From an uncultured Elusimicrobia bacterium (lineage in GTDB: Bacteria > Elusimicrobiota > Elusimicrobia > UBA1565 > UBA9628), in contig CAZIBN010000002.1 in assembly GCA_964537395.1 (NCBI GenBank), positions 14,301-78,300 of the forward strand: a stretch of 64,000 nucleotides of DNA. Direction: 5' to 3'. Position 1 is the first letter of the stretch, and every line of letters starts with the position of its first letter. Shown one piece after another: positions 25,916 to 36,332 of the stretch. The notes below the pieces were generated by a model, which was given only the letters and a program-made list of their open reading frames with translations, was not told the origin of the DNA and ran no database searches. The position numbers and the translations under genes were made by a program.

Positions 25916-27994
25916 ATGATCAATCACCAAATAAAGAAAGCCCTGTCCGCGGCCCTTGCCGTCGTGCTCGCCCTTCCCGCGGGCGTCATCCCGGCCTTCG
26001 CCGCTGACGCCGTGCCTGCTCCCGCCGAATTCCGTGGCATCGAGGTCGCCAACGATTTTGTCACGATCAAGCTCAGCACGGGAGTCCTCTACAACAGCTT
26101 TTTGACGCAGACTCCCCCGCGTCTCGTGATGGAGCTCCTCGACACCAAGCACGAAGGTCCGACCCAGTCCGTCAAGGGCAAGGGGGCGTTCCTCTCCGGT
26201 GTGCGCTCAAGCCAGTTTGAGAAGTCGCCGCGCCTGATCACGCGCGTCGTGATGGATCTCGTGAAGATGGCGGGCTACAAGGTCGGCACGACCAAGGACG
26301 GACTGACCGTGCAGATCGTGGGCTCGGTCGATGATGCTCCGGCCTCGGCCGTCGTGCCGGCGGCGGTCGCACCCGTCGCCGCCGCTCCCAAGCTTCCCAC
26401 GGTCAAGCCCGTCGTCGCCAAGCGCGCCGCGGCCGCCGTCGCCGCGGTTGAGGCTCCGGCTCCGGCTTTTGTCTTTGCGCCAACGCCGGTTGCGGCTCCG
26501 GCAGCGGTTGCGGTCGCCGGGCCCGAAGCCAAGGTGAAGCCGCGCGTCAATGTGACGGCCGTTCAAGCCATGCGCCGTGCCGGTCTTGATAAGACCATGA
26601 CTTTGGAGCTCGGGGCCGCCGCCCAGGCTTCCGACATCACGAAGACCAAGTTCGACCCCGTCGGCGATGCCGACGACGACCGCTCCCAGCGCGCGCCCGG
26701 CGGGCGCATCTTCCGCGACATCATGAGCCGCCTGCCTCGCGACATCGTGACGCTTGATTTCGACAACACCGACATCCGCGATGTCGTTCGCCTGCTCGCG
26801 GCCAAGTCGAAGGTCAACATCGTCTTCGGGGCCGACGTCTCGGGTTCGCTGACCTTGCATCTGACCGACGTTCCCTTCAACGAGGCCTTCCGCACCGCGC
26901 TGTCGATGATGAAGCTGACGACCGACCAGGTCGGCGACAACATCCTGCGCGTGATCACGCCCGCCGAGCTCAAGACGCAGCGCACGAGCTCGACGGCGAT
27001 CACCAAGGTCTATGTCCTTAATTACGCGAAGGCCGCCGAGGTCAAGACGACGATCGATTCCGTCCGCAGCGCCGAGGGCCGCAACGGCAGCTCGACGGCG
27101 GATACCAAGACGAATACCTTGATCGTGACCGATTCTCTCGAGGGGCAGCTGTCGACCGAGAACCTGATCTCTCAGATGGACCAGCGCCCGCGCCAGGTGC
27201 TCATCGAGGCCAAGCTCGTCGAGGTCAGCGCCGACTCCGGCCTCAACTATGGCGTGCAGTGGGACTACCAGGGCGTGCAGACCGGTAAGCTCGGCGGCCA
27301 GCAGGGGACCTCGCTCTTCGGTACGACCACCAGCCCGCAGAAGGCCAGCAGCCCCACCTTGCCGCCGCTCAACCAGAACGCGAACGTGATCGAGGGCGTG
27401 GGCGCAGCCGGAAGGGGCACGGGCGTGAATCTCGCCAACACCGCGTTCGGCGCGCTGACGTTCGGCCGCATCACGAACAACTTCATCCTCAACGCCACGC
27501 TGACCGCGGCGGCCACGGAGGGCAAGGCCAAGGTCCTGTCCGAGCCGAAGATCGCGACCCTCAATAATCAGGCCGCGAAGATCGACGTCACGACGCAGAT
27601 CCCGTACACGACCACGAACATATCCGCGACGGGCGCGCAAAGCATCACGGTCACGTACGTGACCACCGGCATCAAGCTGACGGTCACGCCGAGCATCAAC
27701 GCCGACGGGCGCATCACCCTGAACATCAACCCGGAAGTGAGCCAGCCCTCGGCCGCGGCCCCGGGTGCGGCCCCGGCCATCGACTCGCGCACCGCGCTGA
27801 CGACCGTGCTCGTGCGCGACGGCGAGACCATCGTCATCGGCGGCCTCATCAGCGATTCCTTCCGTGACTCGATCTCGAAGGTCCCGCTTCTTGGAGACAT
27901 CCCGATACTGGGCTGGCTTTTCAAGAAGAAGACGAAGACCCGGGTGCGCGTGGAGCTCCTCATCTTCGTGACGACGAGAATCCTGCCCGACTAG
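25916..27994 (+). CDS. pilQ: Type IV pilus secretin PilQ (AMIN domain, A/P linker, secretin)
   Basis: Start at the ATG at 25916 (GGAGA 5 nt upstream), 692 aa. Signal peptide, AMIN-like domain (PRLVMELLD...RVVMDL), secretin_N and secretin core (VLIEAKLVEV..., GGLI...VPLLGDIPILGWLF). Confidence 0.9.
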   Translation: MINHQIKKALSAALAVVLALPAGVIPAFAADAVPAPAEFRGIEVANDFVTIKLSTGVLYNSFLTQTPPRLVMELLDTKHEGPTQSVKGKGAFLSGVRSSQFEKSPRLITRVVMDLVKMAGYKVGTTKDGLTVQIVGSVDDAPASAVVPAAVAPVAAAPKLPTVKPVVAKRAAAAVAAVEAPAPAFVFAPTPVAAPAAVAVAGPEAKVKPRVNVTAVQAMRRAGLDKTMTLELGAAAQASDITKTKFDPVGDADDDRSQRAPGGRIFRDIMSRLPRDIVTLDFDNTDIRDVVRLLAAKSKVNIVFGADVSGSLTLHLTDVPFNEAFRTALSMMKLTTDQVGDNILRVITPAELKTQRTSSTAITKVYVLNYAKAAEVKTTIDSVRSAEGRNGSSTADTKTNTLIVTDSLEGQLSTENLISQMDQRPRQVLIEAKLVEVSADSGLNYGVQWDYQGVQTGKLGGQQGTSLFGTTTSPQKASSPTLPPLNQNANVIEGVGAAGRGTGVNLANTAFGALTFGRITNNFILNATLTAAATEGKAKVLSEPKIATLNNQAAKIDVTTQIPYTTTNISATGAQSITVTYVTTGIKLTVTPSINADGRITLNINPEVSQPSAAAPGAAPAIDSRTALTTVLVRDGETIVIGGLISDSFRDSISKVPLLGDIPILGWLFKKKTKTRVRVELLIFVTTRILPD

Positions 27995-28011
27995 ATGCTG
28001 GTCCCGGCCTA

Positions 28012-29385
28012 GTGCTCGCGGGCCTCGTCGGGAGCGTCGTCGCCTCGGGGCTTCTTCTGAGAGGCGCATGGGACCTGTGGGCTCAGTCCTTGGTCCTCAT
28101 CGCGCTTCTGTCGGCCTTTGCGGCCTGGCTGTGCCTCCGGCTGGCCGCCGGCTGGCTTCCTCGTCCCGATCCCAAGATCCTTATCTGGGCCGCGGCGCTC
28201 GCCGCCCTCTCCGCGCTGTCCGCGTGGGCGAGCCCGGTGCCGGCCTACTCTCGCCCGGCCTGGGCCGCGGCGGCGGCGGGGTTGGCGTTGTTCCCGTTGG
28301 TCTCCGTGCTCGGCTCCGAGGACCGCGCGCGGGTCGAGAGGTTTCTGCGTGCGGCCGCGTGGATCCTGGTCCTGCTCGCGGTCTATCAGCGCCTTCATGG
28401 CGAGGGACGCCCCGCCGCGACGTTCCTTAACCAAAACGCGTTCGCCGGCGCGATCCTCCTGCTGCTCCCCATCGCGGCGCGCGCCGAAGATTGGGCGCTC
28501 GCCGGTGGGTTGCTGCTGTGCCTGTGGTGGGCGCGGTCCGTCGGGGCCTGGCTTGGGCTTGCTGTCGCCTTGATCCTGCACCGGCGCGCGGTGGGCCTCA
28601 TCGCCTTTTGGCTTGGCTCCATCGCGGGCTTCATCGGGCTTGTCGCCGCCTACGCCAAGATCCAATCGCCGGAGACCTTGCACCGCCTGGAGTGGTGGAA
28701 GGCGGCCTGGCGCATGGCGGCCGAAGCGCCTTGGCTCGGCCTTGGGCCCGGCGCGTACGCTTATGCGCTGCCGTCGCACGCGCCGGTCAGGCCCGAGCTG
28801 TCCACCTTGTTCGCGCATCAGCATTTTTTCGAAACGGCGGCGGAGCGGGGCTGGCCGTACGCCCTGCTTTGGATCGTCGGCCTGGCCGTGCTGCTCAGGC
28901 CCGCTCCCGCCGCGCGGCGATTCGGCCCCGTGGCGGCGTTGATCCACGGGCTCGTGGATTATGCGCTGTCCGTGCCCGGAGTGTTCTGGCTTTTCTGCGC
29001 GTCGACGGCGCTGGCCGCTCCCGAGTCGGGCCGCTCCGTCAACGTCCCGCTTCGCTGGCGCCCGGTCCTATGCGCCATCGTCCTTGCGGTGGCCGCCGCG
29101 TCCGGGGTTTTCGTCTGGCGCGGCTGGTCGGCCGATCGCCTGCGCGCACAGGCGGTCGTCGCCATCCGCGAGGGCCGTCTCGACGAGGCGGAGGGGAAGC
29201 TTGTAGCCTCCGAGATCTTGTCGCCGCATCCCGAGGCCGCGCGCTTCCGGGCGGAGCTCCTGCTGGCGCGCGGCGGGCCGGCGGCGGAAGCCGCCCTGCA
29301 CCTGAAGCGCGCGATCGCCCTCGATCCTTATCGCGCCTCGAACCAGGCTTTATTGGAAAAGCTTTCGGAGGCGCGTGAGCGCTGA
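28012..29385 (+). CDS. O-antigen ligase/PglL-like (Wzy_C) membrane protein with a C-terminal TPR-like tail
   Basis: 457 aa, GTG start. About 10 TM helices. Periplasmic loop WLGLGPGAYAYAL...LFAHQHFFETAAERGWP, typical of the O-antigen ligase family. The C-terminal ~90 aa are soluble and helical. Confidence 0.6.
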   Translation: MLAGLVGSVVASGLLLRGAWDLWAQSLVLIALLSAFAAWLCLRLAAGWLPRPDPKILIWAAALAALSALSAWASPVPAYSRPAWAAAAAGLALFPLVSVLGSEDRARVERFLRAAAWILVLLAVYQRLHGEGRPAATFLNQNAFAGAILLLLPIAARAEDWALAGGLLLCLWWARSVGAWLGLAVALILHRRAVGLIAFWLGSIAGFIGLVAAYAKIQSPETLHRLEWWKAAWRMAAEAPWLGLGPGAYAYALPSHAPVRPELSTLFAHQHFFETAAERGWPYALLWIVGLAVLLRPAPAARRFGPVAALIHGLVDYALSVPGVFWLFCASTALAAPESGRSVNVPLRWRPVLCAIVLAVAAASGVFVWRGWSADRLRAQAVVAIREGRLDEAEGKLVASEILSPHPEAARFRAELLLARGGPAAEAALHLKRAIALDPYRASNQALLEKLSEARER

Positions 29386-31327
29386 ACGGCATCAAGTCGC
29401 TCCGGAGGCCGTCATCGCCGCGGTGCTCGCGGCCGCCATCGTGGCACTCCTCGGCGGCGCGTGGGCGCGCGGCCTGTCGGTGTTCTGGAGCGACCTCACC
29501 TATCTGCATCAGGGCTGGCGCGCCGCGCCCGCCCTGCTCGTCGCGGCCGGGCGCGCGCCTCTCTGGGAGCCGTCGCTTTACTTCGGCATGCCGATGGCGG
29601 GCTCCATGCAGGGCGGCCTTTTTTATCCGGCGACGGTCTTCTATTATCTGTTCGGCTTTGCGACCGCGACCGCATTATTCCAGGCCATGCATTTGTTCAC
29701 GGCCGGCTGGCTGTGCGCGCTGTGGCTTCGTTCCTGCCGCCTGTCCTGGGGCGCGAGCCTTGGCGGGGCCTTCCTGTTCGCCTTTGGGGGCGTGATGATC
29801 GCGCGCCTTCCCTTCTTAAATCATCTCGCGACCTTGGCGTGGGCTCCCGCGCTGGCGCTCTTCTTCAGACGCCCCGTGCCGCTGGCGTTGGCGCTCACCT
29901 TGATGGTCCTCGCCGGCTATCCCACCTTCATTCCCGGGTGCGCCGCCGCCGCGTGGATCGCGGCCTATGCGTCGCGCTCCAAAGGCTGGTCCTGGCGCGC
30001 CGGCGTTGTCGATTGGGCCAAGGCGGGGCTCCTCGCGGGCGTATTGGCCGCGGCCCAGCTTCTCCCCGGCTTCGAGCTTGCGTCCCGCTCCCGCCGTTCA
30101 TCCGGCGTCGGCCTGGCGGAGGCTTTGACTTGGGGATTCACGCCGGGCGATCTCCTCCAATGGATCGGGCCGCTGGCCCTCGGGATGAAGAATTTCCATC
30201 CGTCGATCGATTGGACTATGTGCGTGTACCTCGGGCTCATCGGCGCTGCGGCTGCGGCGTATGGTGCTTCTATTTTACCGCGACGCCGCGCGCTGATTCT
30301 TGGCGTGGCCATAGCTTCCGTCGTGGTTCTGACGCTCGGCGCGTCGACCGCTCTCTCGTCGATGCTGTGGCGTGTGCTGCCGCCGCTGCGCCTCGTGCGC
30401 TACCCCGGGAACCTGGCCTATATCGCGATGCTTCCCCTGTCCCTCCTCGCGGCGGCGGGCTTTTCGAATCGGCGGGCGGGGCCGATGCTCGTGCTCGCGT
30501 CGGCGCTTGAGCTTTTGGTGCTCGGCCGGTCTTCGACGCCGCTCGCCACCCGGAGCTTGTTCGTCGAGCCGGGCCCGCTCGTGCGGACCTTGCAGGAGAG
30601 CCAGGGGGACGCGCGCTACCTGATCTCGCCGAAGGCCCTGCAGGCGTCGAGGGGCACGGACATCCTCGACTGGAAGCAGCGCCTGTACGGCCTCACGAAC
30701 GCGCCCTTTCGTTTGCGCGCGGCCGCGAACTTCGGCGAGCCGCTGGTCCCCGCGCCGTCGTACGCGGTGATGGACGCCCTGCTGAGCCTGCCGAGCGCCG
30801 ACGCGGCGGCGGACTGGATGCCCTGGATCGGGGCGTCGCGCCTCCTGACCCCAGAGCGAGTGGATTCGGTGCGCTTGACAGCCGAAGGGCGCGCGCTGTG
30901 GGAAATCTCGAAAGTCCGCGGCCCGGTGTCGCTTGCCTACCAACTGACGTCTAAGGAGGGCTCCGCACTGCCCGCCGTATGGCCGCCGGCGGCACCGACC
31001 GCCGCGCGTTCGCCGCTCACGGTCCGCCGCGAGCGTGAGGACCGTTTTGACGTATCCGGTGATGGCGCGGGCTGGGTCTATGTGTCGGAGCCCCGATTCC
31101 CGGGGTGGAAAACAGTTCTATCCGTTCCGAGCGGTGAACGGGAGGTTGTTGTGGAACCGGCGCTGGGCGCGTTTCAGAAGGTCGAGACGCCGTCCGGGCC
31201 CTGGACCTTGCGCTGGCGCTATGAGCCCGGGCCGTGGCGTCTCGGGTTGCTGCTCGCGTGCTTGTCGTGGATAATGCTCGCGCGGTCTTGGTATCATCGA
31301 GCCGTCGTCTCTGGAGAGATCCGATGA
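29375..31327 (+). CDS. YfhO-like GT-C membrane glycosyltransferase (paralog 1)
   Basis: 650 aa. Polytopic. N-terminal motif GRAPLWEPSLYFGMPMAGSMQGGLFYP, as in the YfhO family. Large C-terminal periplasmic domain. Confidence 0.6.
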   Translation: MSAERHQVAPEAVIAAVLAAAIVALLGGAWARGLSVFWSDLTYLHQGWRAAPALLVAAGRAPLWEPSLYFGMPMAGSMQGGLFYPATVFYYLFGFATATALFQAMHLFTAGWLCALWLRSCRLSWGASLGGAFLFAFGGVMIARLPFLNHLATLAWAPALALFFRRPVPLALALTLMVLAGYPTFIPGCAAAAWIAAYASRSKGWSWRAGVVDWAKAGLLAGVLAAAQLLPGFELASRSRRSSGVGLAEALTWGFTPGDLLQWIGPLALGMKNFHPSIDWTMCVYLGLIGAAAAAYGASILPRRRALILGVAIASVVVLTLGASTALSSMLWRVLPPLRLVRYPGNLAYIAMLPLSLLAAAGFSNRRAGPMLVLASALELLVLGRSSTPLATRSLFVEPGPLVRTLQESQGDARYLISPKALQASRGTDILDWKQRLYGLTNAPFRLRAAANFGEPLVPAPSYAVMDALLSLPSADAAADWMPWIGASRLLTPERVDSVRLTAEGRALWEISKVRGPVSLAYQLTSKEGSALPAVWPPAAPTAARSPLTVRREREDRFDVSGDGAGWVYVSEPRFPGWKTVLSVPSGEREVVVEPALGAFQKVETPSGPWTLRWRYEPGPWRLGLLLACLSWIMLARSWYHRAVVSGEIR

Positions 31328-33174
31328 CCCGCCGGGACCTCATCGTCGTCGGGGCCCTCGCGGCCGCCGTGCTTGCGCTGACCGCCTCCGTGTGGGCTCA
31401 TCCCGGCCAGGCGTTTTTCAACCACGGCGACCTGTATGCCTACCATTGGCCGCTTCGCCATCATACGGCGGCGGCGCTGATCGAAGGCCGGCTCCCTTTC
31501 TGGAACCCGTACATCATGCTCGGTGCTCCCCACGCGGCGAATCCTCAGGCCGCCTTGTTCTATCCTGCCGGCATTCTCGGCTTTCTGCTGCCTGTCATGA
31601 CGTCCCTGGCCTGGGATCAGATCCTGCATCTGCTGTGGGCGGCGCTCGGCACATTTCTTCTCGCGCGCTTCGCACGGTTGCCCCGAGCCGCGGCCGCAGG
31701 CCTCGCGGCCGCTTACGCGCTCTCGCCCTTCCTGATCTACCGCGTGACCGCCGGCATCCCGACGCTTCTCGCGTCGATTTCCTGGATACCATGGGCCTGG
31801 CTTGCGTGGCTCGTCGGCTCCGCGCCGCTTTTGGCCGCCGTCTTCGCGCTCCAGTTCTTCTCCGGCCACCCGCAGTTCCTTGTCATCAACGCCGTCGGCA
31901 TGGGCGTGTTCGCCGCTTCAAAAACTTCTTTGCGCGCGACGAAGACGCTGCTTGCGGGCGCGGGAGGGGCGCTGGCCTTGGCCGCGGTGCAATGGCTGCC
32001 GACTCTCGAGCTGCTGCGCGGCTCCAACCGCTCGGCCTGGCCGGAGCAATTCCGGGCCGCCTACTCCCTGCGCCCGGCTGACCTTCTGATGTGGCTGTCT
32101 CCCGGCGCCCTTGGCACGCCGCTCAACGGCGGCTGGGGCGACGCGGTGTCCGTGTTCTATGAGAGCGGCGGCGTATGGCTTGGCTGCGTCATGCTGGCGC
32201 TTGCGGCCGGCGGCCTCCTGCGCGGGCGCTCGCGGCTGGGGCCGGTCCTTCTTGTCGTGCTCGGCGCCATTCTCGCGCTCGGCGCCAACGGCCCCATTGC
32301 CCCGCTTCTCAACGCACCGGGATTCTCCTATCTGCGCACGCCTTCGCGCTGGTCCTTCCTTTCCCTGTGGGGCCTCTGGCTTCTCGCGGGCGCTGGCGCG
32401 CGCGTGGTGTTCTCGGCCCCCTCGCAAAAGCGCGTGAAGGAAGCGCTTTCGCTCGTTCCGCTCATCGTGCTGGCGGAACTCGCCCTCTGGGACTCAGGAT
32501 TTCTCAAGTCCGCGAATGCACGCTCGTTCACGGCGGCGAGCCCTGCCGTGGTCGAGCGCCTGGCCGGCCGCTCCACGCGCATGCTCACCGATCCCGAGCT
32601 CGCCAATCCGAACAAGGCGGTCGCCTATCGGATGCGCAACGCCAACGGCTACGAGGCATTTTATCCCGGATCCGCCGCGCAGTGGGCTTATCTGGCAGAG
32701 GGTAAGCCGGCCGCGGACCCAAGCTGGGTGCTCGTCTCTCGATGGAAGTCGGAGGCGGCAACGCGAGCGGGCGTGTCCGCCCGCTTATCCAGGGAAGGCA
32801 TCGAGGAGCGGGCCGACGCCTGGCCGCTGGCCACCTTTCTTGACGCAAAAGGCGGACGCGTGACGCCCGATCCTCTTCTCGTGATCGACCGCCCCGAGAG
32901 TTGGCGGGTGACCGGGGCCGTGCCGAAGGGCGCCGTTGCGGTGGCGCTCGCTGAGACGCGTTGGCCGGGCTGGAGCGCCGCCTTGGATGGTCGCGCCGCG
33001 CCGCTCGCTCCGTGGGGCCCCGCTTTTCATCTCGTGAAGTTGGATCGGGGCGCCTCGGCGCTCGAATTAAGCTTCGATTTCTCACCGACGCGGTGGTTCT
33101 GGTGGGCCGCGCTGTCGGCGGCGGCCTGGGCGCTGTGGTTCGCGGCGCTTGCCCTGCGCATGGAGCCTTCATGA
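31324..33174 (+). CDS. YfhO-like GT-C membrane glycosyltransferase (paralog 2)
   Basis: Start at the ATG at 31324 (ATGA overlap), 616 aa. GRLPFWNPYIMLGAPHAANPQAALFYP. Same architecture as paralog 1. Confidence 0.6.
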   Translation: MTRRDLIVVGALAAAVLALTASVWAHPGQAFFNHGDLYAYHWPLRHHTAAALIEGRLPFWNPYIMLGAPHAANPQAALFYPAGILGFLLPVMTSLAWDQILHLLWAALGTFLLARFARLPRAAAAGLAAAYALSPFLIYRVTAGIPTLLASISWIPWAWLAWLVGSAPLLAAVFALQFFSGHPQFLVINAVGMGVFAASKTSLRATKTLLAGAGGALALAAVQWLPTLELLRGSNRSAWPEQFRAAYSLRPADLLMWLSPGALGTPLNGGWGDAVSVFYESGGVWLGCVMLALAAGGLLRGRSRLGPVLLVVLGAILALGANGPIAPLLNAPGFSYLRTPSRWSFLSLWGLWLLAGAGARVVFSAPSQKRVKEALSLVPLIVLAELALWDSGFLKSANARSFTAASPAVVERLAGRSTRMLTDPELANPNKAVAYRMRNANGYEAFYPGSAAQWAYLAEGKPAADPSWVLVSRWKSEAATRAGVSARLSREGIEERADAWPLATFLDAKGGRVTPDPLLVIDRPESWRVTGAVPKGAVAVALAETRWPGWSAALDGRAAPLAPWGPAFHLVKLDRGASALELSFDFSPTRWFWWAALSAAAWALWFAALALRMEPS

Positions 33175-34163
33175 GCCGAAAAAAAATAATATCAGGCGTC
33201 GTCGCCTTCGCCATCACGGGGTTCTTCCTGTGGCTGGCCCTGCGCAAGGTCGAATTCGCGGCTCTCGGCTCGGCGCTGTCGTCGGCGCGCCTGGTCTGGC
33301 TGATCCCGATGGTCGTCATCATCTATGTCGACCTGCTCGTACGGGCCGTGCGCTGGCGTGTTCTGCTTTCACGCACGCGCGACCTGCCAGCGCCGGTGTG
33401 GGACCTTTTCAAGCTTTCGGCGATCGGACTTGCTGTCAACAACGTCCTGCTGCTTCGCCTCGGCGAGCTCGCGCGCGCGGGCCTAGCGGCCCGGCGCCTG
33501 GGCATTCCCGTCGCCGCGTCGCTGGCGAGCGTGGCCATCGAGCGCGCACTCGACGTGGCCGCCCTTCTGACCATCTTCGTGCTCGCCACCCGGCTCGCGC
33601 CCGGCATCGTCCCGGCGCAGGTCGTGCAGGCGGCGATGCTGCTGCTCGCGGGCGCGATCGGGGCTTTGATCGTCCTGGCCGCGGCGGAGAGCTCGCTCGA
33701 GCCCGAGGGCTTCGCCGAGCGCCGCCTGCGCCCCTGGCCGCGCGTGCATCATTTCGTCGAACAGCTGGCGCTGGGCGCCGCGGTGCTGCGCTCGCCCGTC
33801 TCGGCGGCGAAGGCCGCGCTGCTGAGCCTCGTGCTGTGGTCCGTGGACGCGGCCTTGTATTGGGCGGCGGCACACGCGATGAGCCTCGGCGCCATCATGG
33901 ATTATCCTCGCGCGGTCCTGACCCTCTCGTGGGCGGGCGCGATCTCCGCGATCCCGGCCGCTCCCGGCGGGATCGGCACGTTCGAGGCTTTCGTCGCGTC
34001 GATCCTGCACACCTTCGGCGCCACGCCGGAGATCGCGCTGGCCTACGCGCTTCTGACGCACATGATCATGTATCTTCTGGTGACGGTGACGGGGCTCGTG
34101 TTCCTGTCGCGCGAGGGCGTGTCGCTCGCGCAGCTGGCCGAGCAGGTCGAGCAAAAAAAATGA
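33171..34163 (+). CDS. Flippase-like membrane protein (LPG_synthase_TM/UPF0104 family)
   Basis: Start at the ATG at 33171 (ATGA overlap), 330 aa. About 8 TM helices. N-terminal LWLALRKV...LLVRAVRWRVLL pattern of the family. Confidence 0.55.
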   Translation: MSRKKIISGVVAFAITGFFLWLALRKVEFAALGSALSSARLVWLIPMVVIIYVDLLVRAVRWRVLLSRTRDLPAPVWDLFKLSAIGLAVNNVLLLRLGELARAGLAARRLGIPVAASLASVAIERALDVAALLTIFVLATRLAPGIVPAQVVQAAMLLLAGAIGALIVLAAAESSLEPEGFAERRLRPWPRVHHFVEQLALGAAVLRSPVSAAKAALLSLVLWSVDAALYWAAAHAMSLGAIMDYPRAVLTLSWAGAISAIPAAPGGIGTFEAFVASILHTFGATPEIALAYALLTHMIMYLLVTVTGLVFLSREGVSLAQLAEQVEQKK

Positions 34164-35185
34164 AGCTGAATCTCCTGGCGATTCTGGCGTGCCCTGTCTG
34201 CGGCGGCGATCTCAAGTTCGCCGTCCTCGAGGCGTACCCGCGCCATGACGCCGAGATCGAGGAGGCGGTGCTCGCCTGTAAGCTGTGCGCCCGTGAGTAT
34301 CCGGTGACCGGCGGCGTGCCGCGCCTGCGTCCGCCGAGCCCTGTCGCGCGCGCGACCGCCAAGACGCGTGACGCGTTCGGCTGGGAGTGGCTGCGCTATC
34401 CCGGGTCTCTTCCCGGCGACAAGGAGACGTTCCTCGAGGAGACTTTGCTGCCGCCGCATGAGTTCGAGGGGAAGCTCGTCCTCGACGCGGGCTGCGGCAT
34501 GGGCCGCTACAGCGCCGTCGCTCTCTCTTTAGGCGCCGAGGTCGTGGCGGTCGACATGTCCGAGAGCCTGCAGCGGGTCGTGGCTCTCGCTCAAACGCAG
34601 CCCAAGCTCCACCCTGTCGAGGCCGACCTGCTCCATCCGCCTTTCAAGAAGGGCATCTTCGACGTCGCCTACAGCCAGGGCGTGCTGCACCACACCGCTG
34701 ACACGCACGCCGCGTTCAAGGCCGTAGCGGCGCTCATCAAGCCGAGAGGCCTTTTGTCCGTGTGGCTGTACGGCAAGGCTGGGCGGTACTCCGACTTCGC
34801 GTCGAACCCGCTCAAGCCCGGCCGCGACTGGATCGCGCGGTACCGCCGCCTGGCGTGGTGGATCGTCCTCCTCCGCCACATCCTCAGCGACTTCGTGCGC
34901 GTGTTCACGACGCGCATGCCCGTCTCCATCGTCTACGCGCTTTGCTATCCGCTGACCTGGCTCGGCGTCGTGCCCGGCATCAAGTGGTTCACCTATTCCG
35001 TGGATCCGCGCTATCAGGTCCGTCTCATCGAGAACTTCGATTGGATCTCGCCGCCCTATCAGTGGCACCACACGAAGGAAGAGCTTCTTCGCTGGTACAG
35101 CGAAGAGGGCTTTTCGGTCGTCAACGTCCTGCCGCACGGGCTCGTGCCCAAGCCCGGGGTCCTCGGCCGCAAGAACTCGAAATGA
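34160..35185 (+). CDS. Class I SAM-dependent methyltransferase with an N-terminal Trm112-like zinc ribbon
   Basis: Start at the ATG at 34160 (ATGA overlap), 341 aa. CPVCGG...CKLC zinc ribbon and SAM motif I VLDAGCGMGRYS. Confidence 0.75.
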   Translation: MKLNLLAILACPVCGGDLKFAVLEAYPRHDAEIEEAVLACKLCAREYPVTGGVPRLRPPSPVARATAKTRDAFGWEWLRYPGSLPGDKETFLEETLLPPHEFEGKLVLDAGCGMGRYSAVALSLGAEVVAVDMSESLQRVVALAQTQPKLHPVEADLLHPPFKKGIFDVAYSQGVLHHTADTHAAFKAVAALIKPRGLLSVWLYGKAGRYSDFASNPLKPGRDWIARYRRLAWWIVLLRHILSDFVRVFTTRMPVSIVYALCYPLTWLGVVPGIKWFTYSVDPRYQVRLIENFDWISPPYQWHHTKEELLRWYSEEGFSVVNVLPHGLVPKPGVLGRKNSK

Positions 35186-36297
35186 AGGCTCCGCGCACCC
35201 GGGTCGTCATGGTGAGCGCCGGCTTCTGGCCCGCCGTGGGGGGCGCAGAGCGGCAGGCGCTTGAGCTTTCGCGTGAACTGCGCGCGCGCGGCACGGACGT
35301 GATCGTGCTCACGCGCCGTATCGGCGGCGCCGCTCCCCGCGAGGACGTCCACGGCGTGCCGGTGCGGCGGCTGCCGGTGTTCGGGACCGGCGCGCTCGAC
35401 TCGCTGAGCTTTCTTTTCGGCGCGCTCGGCTGGCTGCTCAAGCATGAGGGCGGGTACGACGCGATCCACGCGCACCTCGCCGGCTCGCCCGCGCTCGCGG
35501 CGGCCCTGGCCGGGCGCCTGCTTGGGAAGCCCGTCCTTGTCAAGCTCGGCGGGGGGCGCGGCATCGGCGAGCTCGCGGCTTCTTCCCGCACGCGCCTCGG
35601 CCGTCTGAAGCTCCGTCTTCTGGCTCTTCTTAATCCCCGCTTTCTCGCCGTGGTCCCCGACCTTGCCGCCGAGGCGCGCGAGCATCTCGGCGGTGCGGCG
35701 ATCGAGGTCCTGCCCAACGGCGTGGACGTGAACCGCTATAAGCCCGTCTCTGCGCAGGAGAAGCAGGTCCTGCGCGCCCGCCTCGGCTGGACGGGAACGG
35801 TATTCCTTTACACGGGACGGCTTTCGTGGGAGAAGCGCCTGCCTTGGTTCTCGAAGATCTGGAACGAAGCGACGAAGGGCCGCGAAGCGACCTTGATCCT
35901 CGTCGGCGAAGGCGCCGAGGCCATCCCTCAGGACGGTCGCGTCCGCGTCCTGCCTTCCGTCGACGACGCGGCCGAGCTCTACGCCGCGGCCGATGCGTTC
36001 GTCCTGCCTTCGGTGTCCGAAGGCCTGTCGAACTCTCTGCTCGAGGCGATGGCCTCGGGCCTCCCGGTGATCGCGAGCGCGGTCGGCGGGACCGCCGAAA
36101 CGCTCGTAGACGGCGTCACGGGGCTGATGTTCGCGCGCGACGACGACAAGGCCGCGGCGGCCTGCGTGCGCCGCGTGCTCGACGAGCCGGAGCTGGCCGC
36201 GCGGCTGGGAGCCGGCGCCCGACGCGAGTGCCTGGAGCGCTACGCGCTGTCCCGGGTCGCGGCGCGCCTCGAGGAGCTGTACCGGGGAGCGCCGTGA
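35182..36297 (+). CDS. GT4-family glycosyltransferase
   Basis: Start at the ATG at 35182 (ATGA overlap), 371 aa. GGAERQ N-domain and C-terminal EGLSNSLLEAMASGLPVIAS...E motif. Confidence 0.85.
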   Translation: MKAPRTRVVMVSAGFWPAVGGAERQALELSRELRARGTDVIVLTRRIGGAAPREDVHGVPVRRLPVFGTGALDSLSFLFGALGWLLKHEGGYDAIHAHLAGSPALAAALAGRLLGKPVLVKLGGGRGIGELAASSRTRLGRLKLRLLALLNPRFLAVVPDLAAEAREHLGGAAIEVLPNGVDVNRYKPVSAQEKQVLRARLGWTGTVFLYTGRLSWEKRLPWFSKIWNEATKGREATLILVGEGAEAIPQDGRVRVLPSVDDAAELYAAADAFVLPSVSEGLSNSLLEAMASGLPVIASAVGGTAETLVDGVTGLMFARDDDKAAAACVRRVLDEPELAARLGAGARRECLERYALSRVAARLEELYRGAP

Positions 36298-36332
36298 GAT
36301 CGGACTTTGGTATCTTTCTCTTTTAAGAGAAC

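Noticed and set aside
26207-28069. 620-aa minus-strand ORF
   Set aside because: Antisense to the pilQ secretin gene. R/G/D/A-rich with no domain signature.
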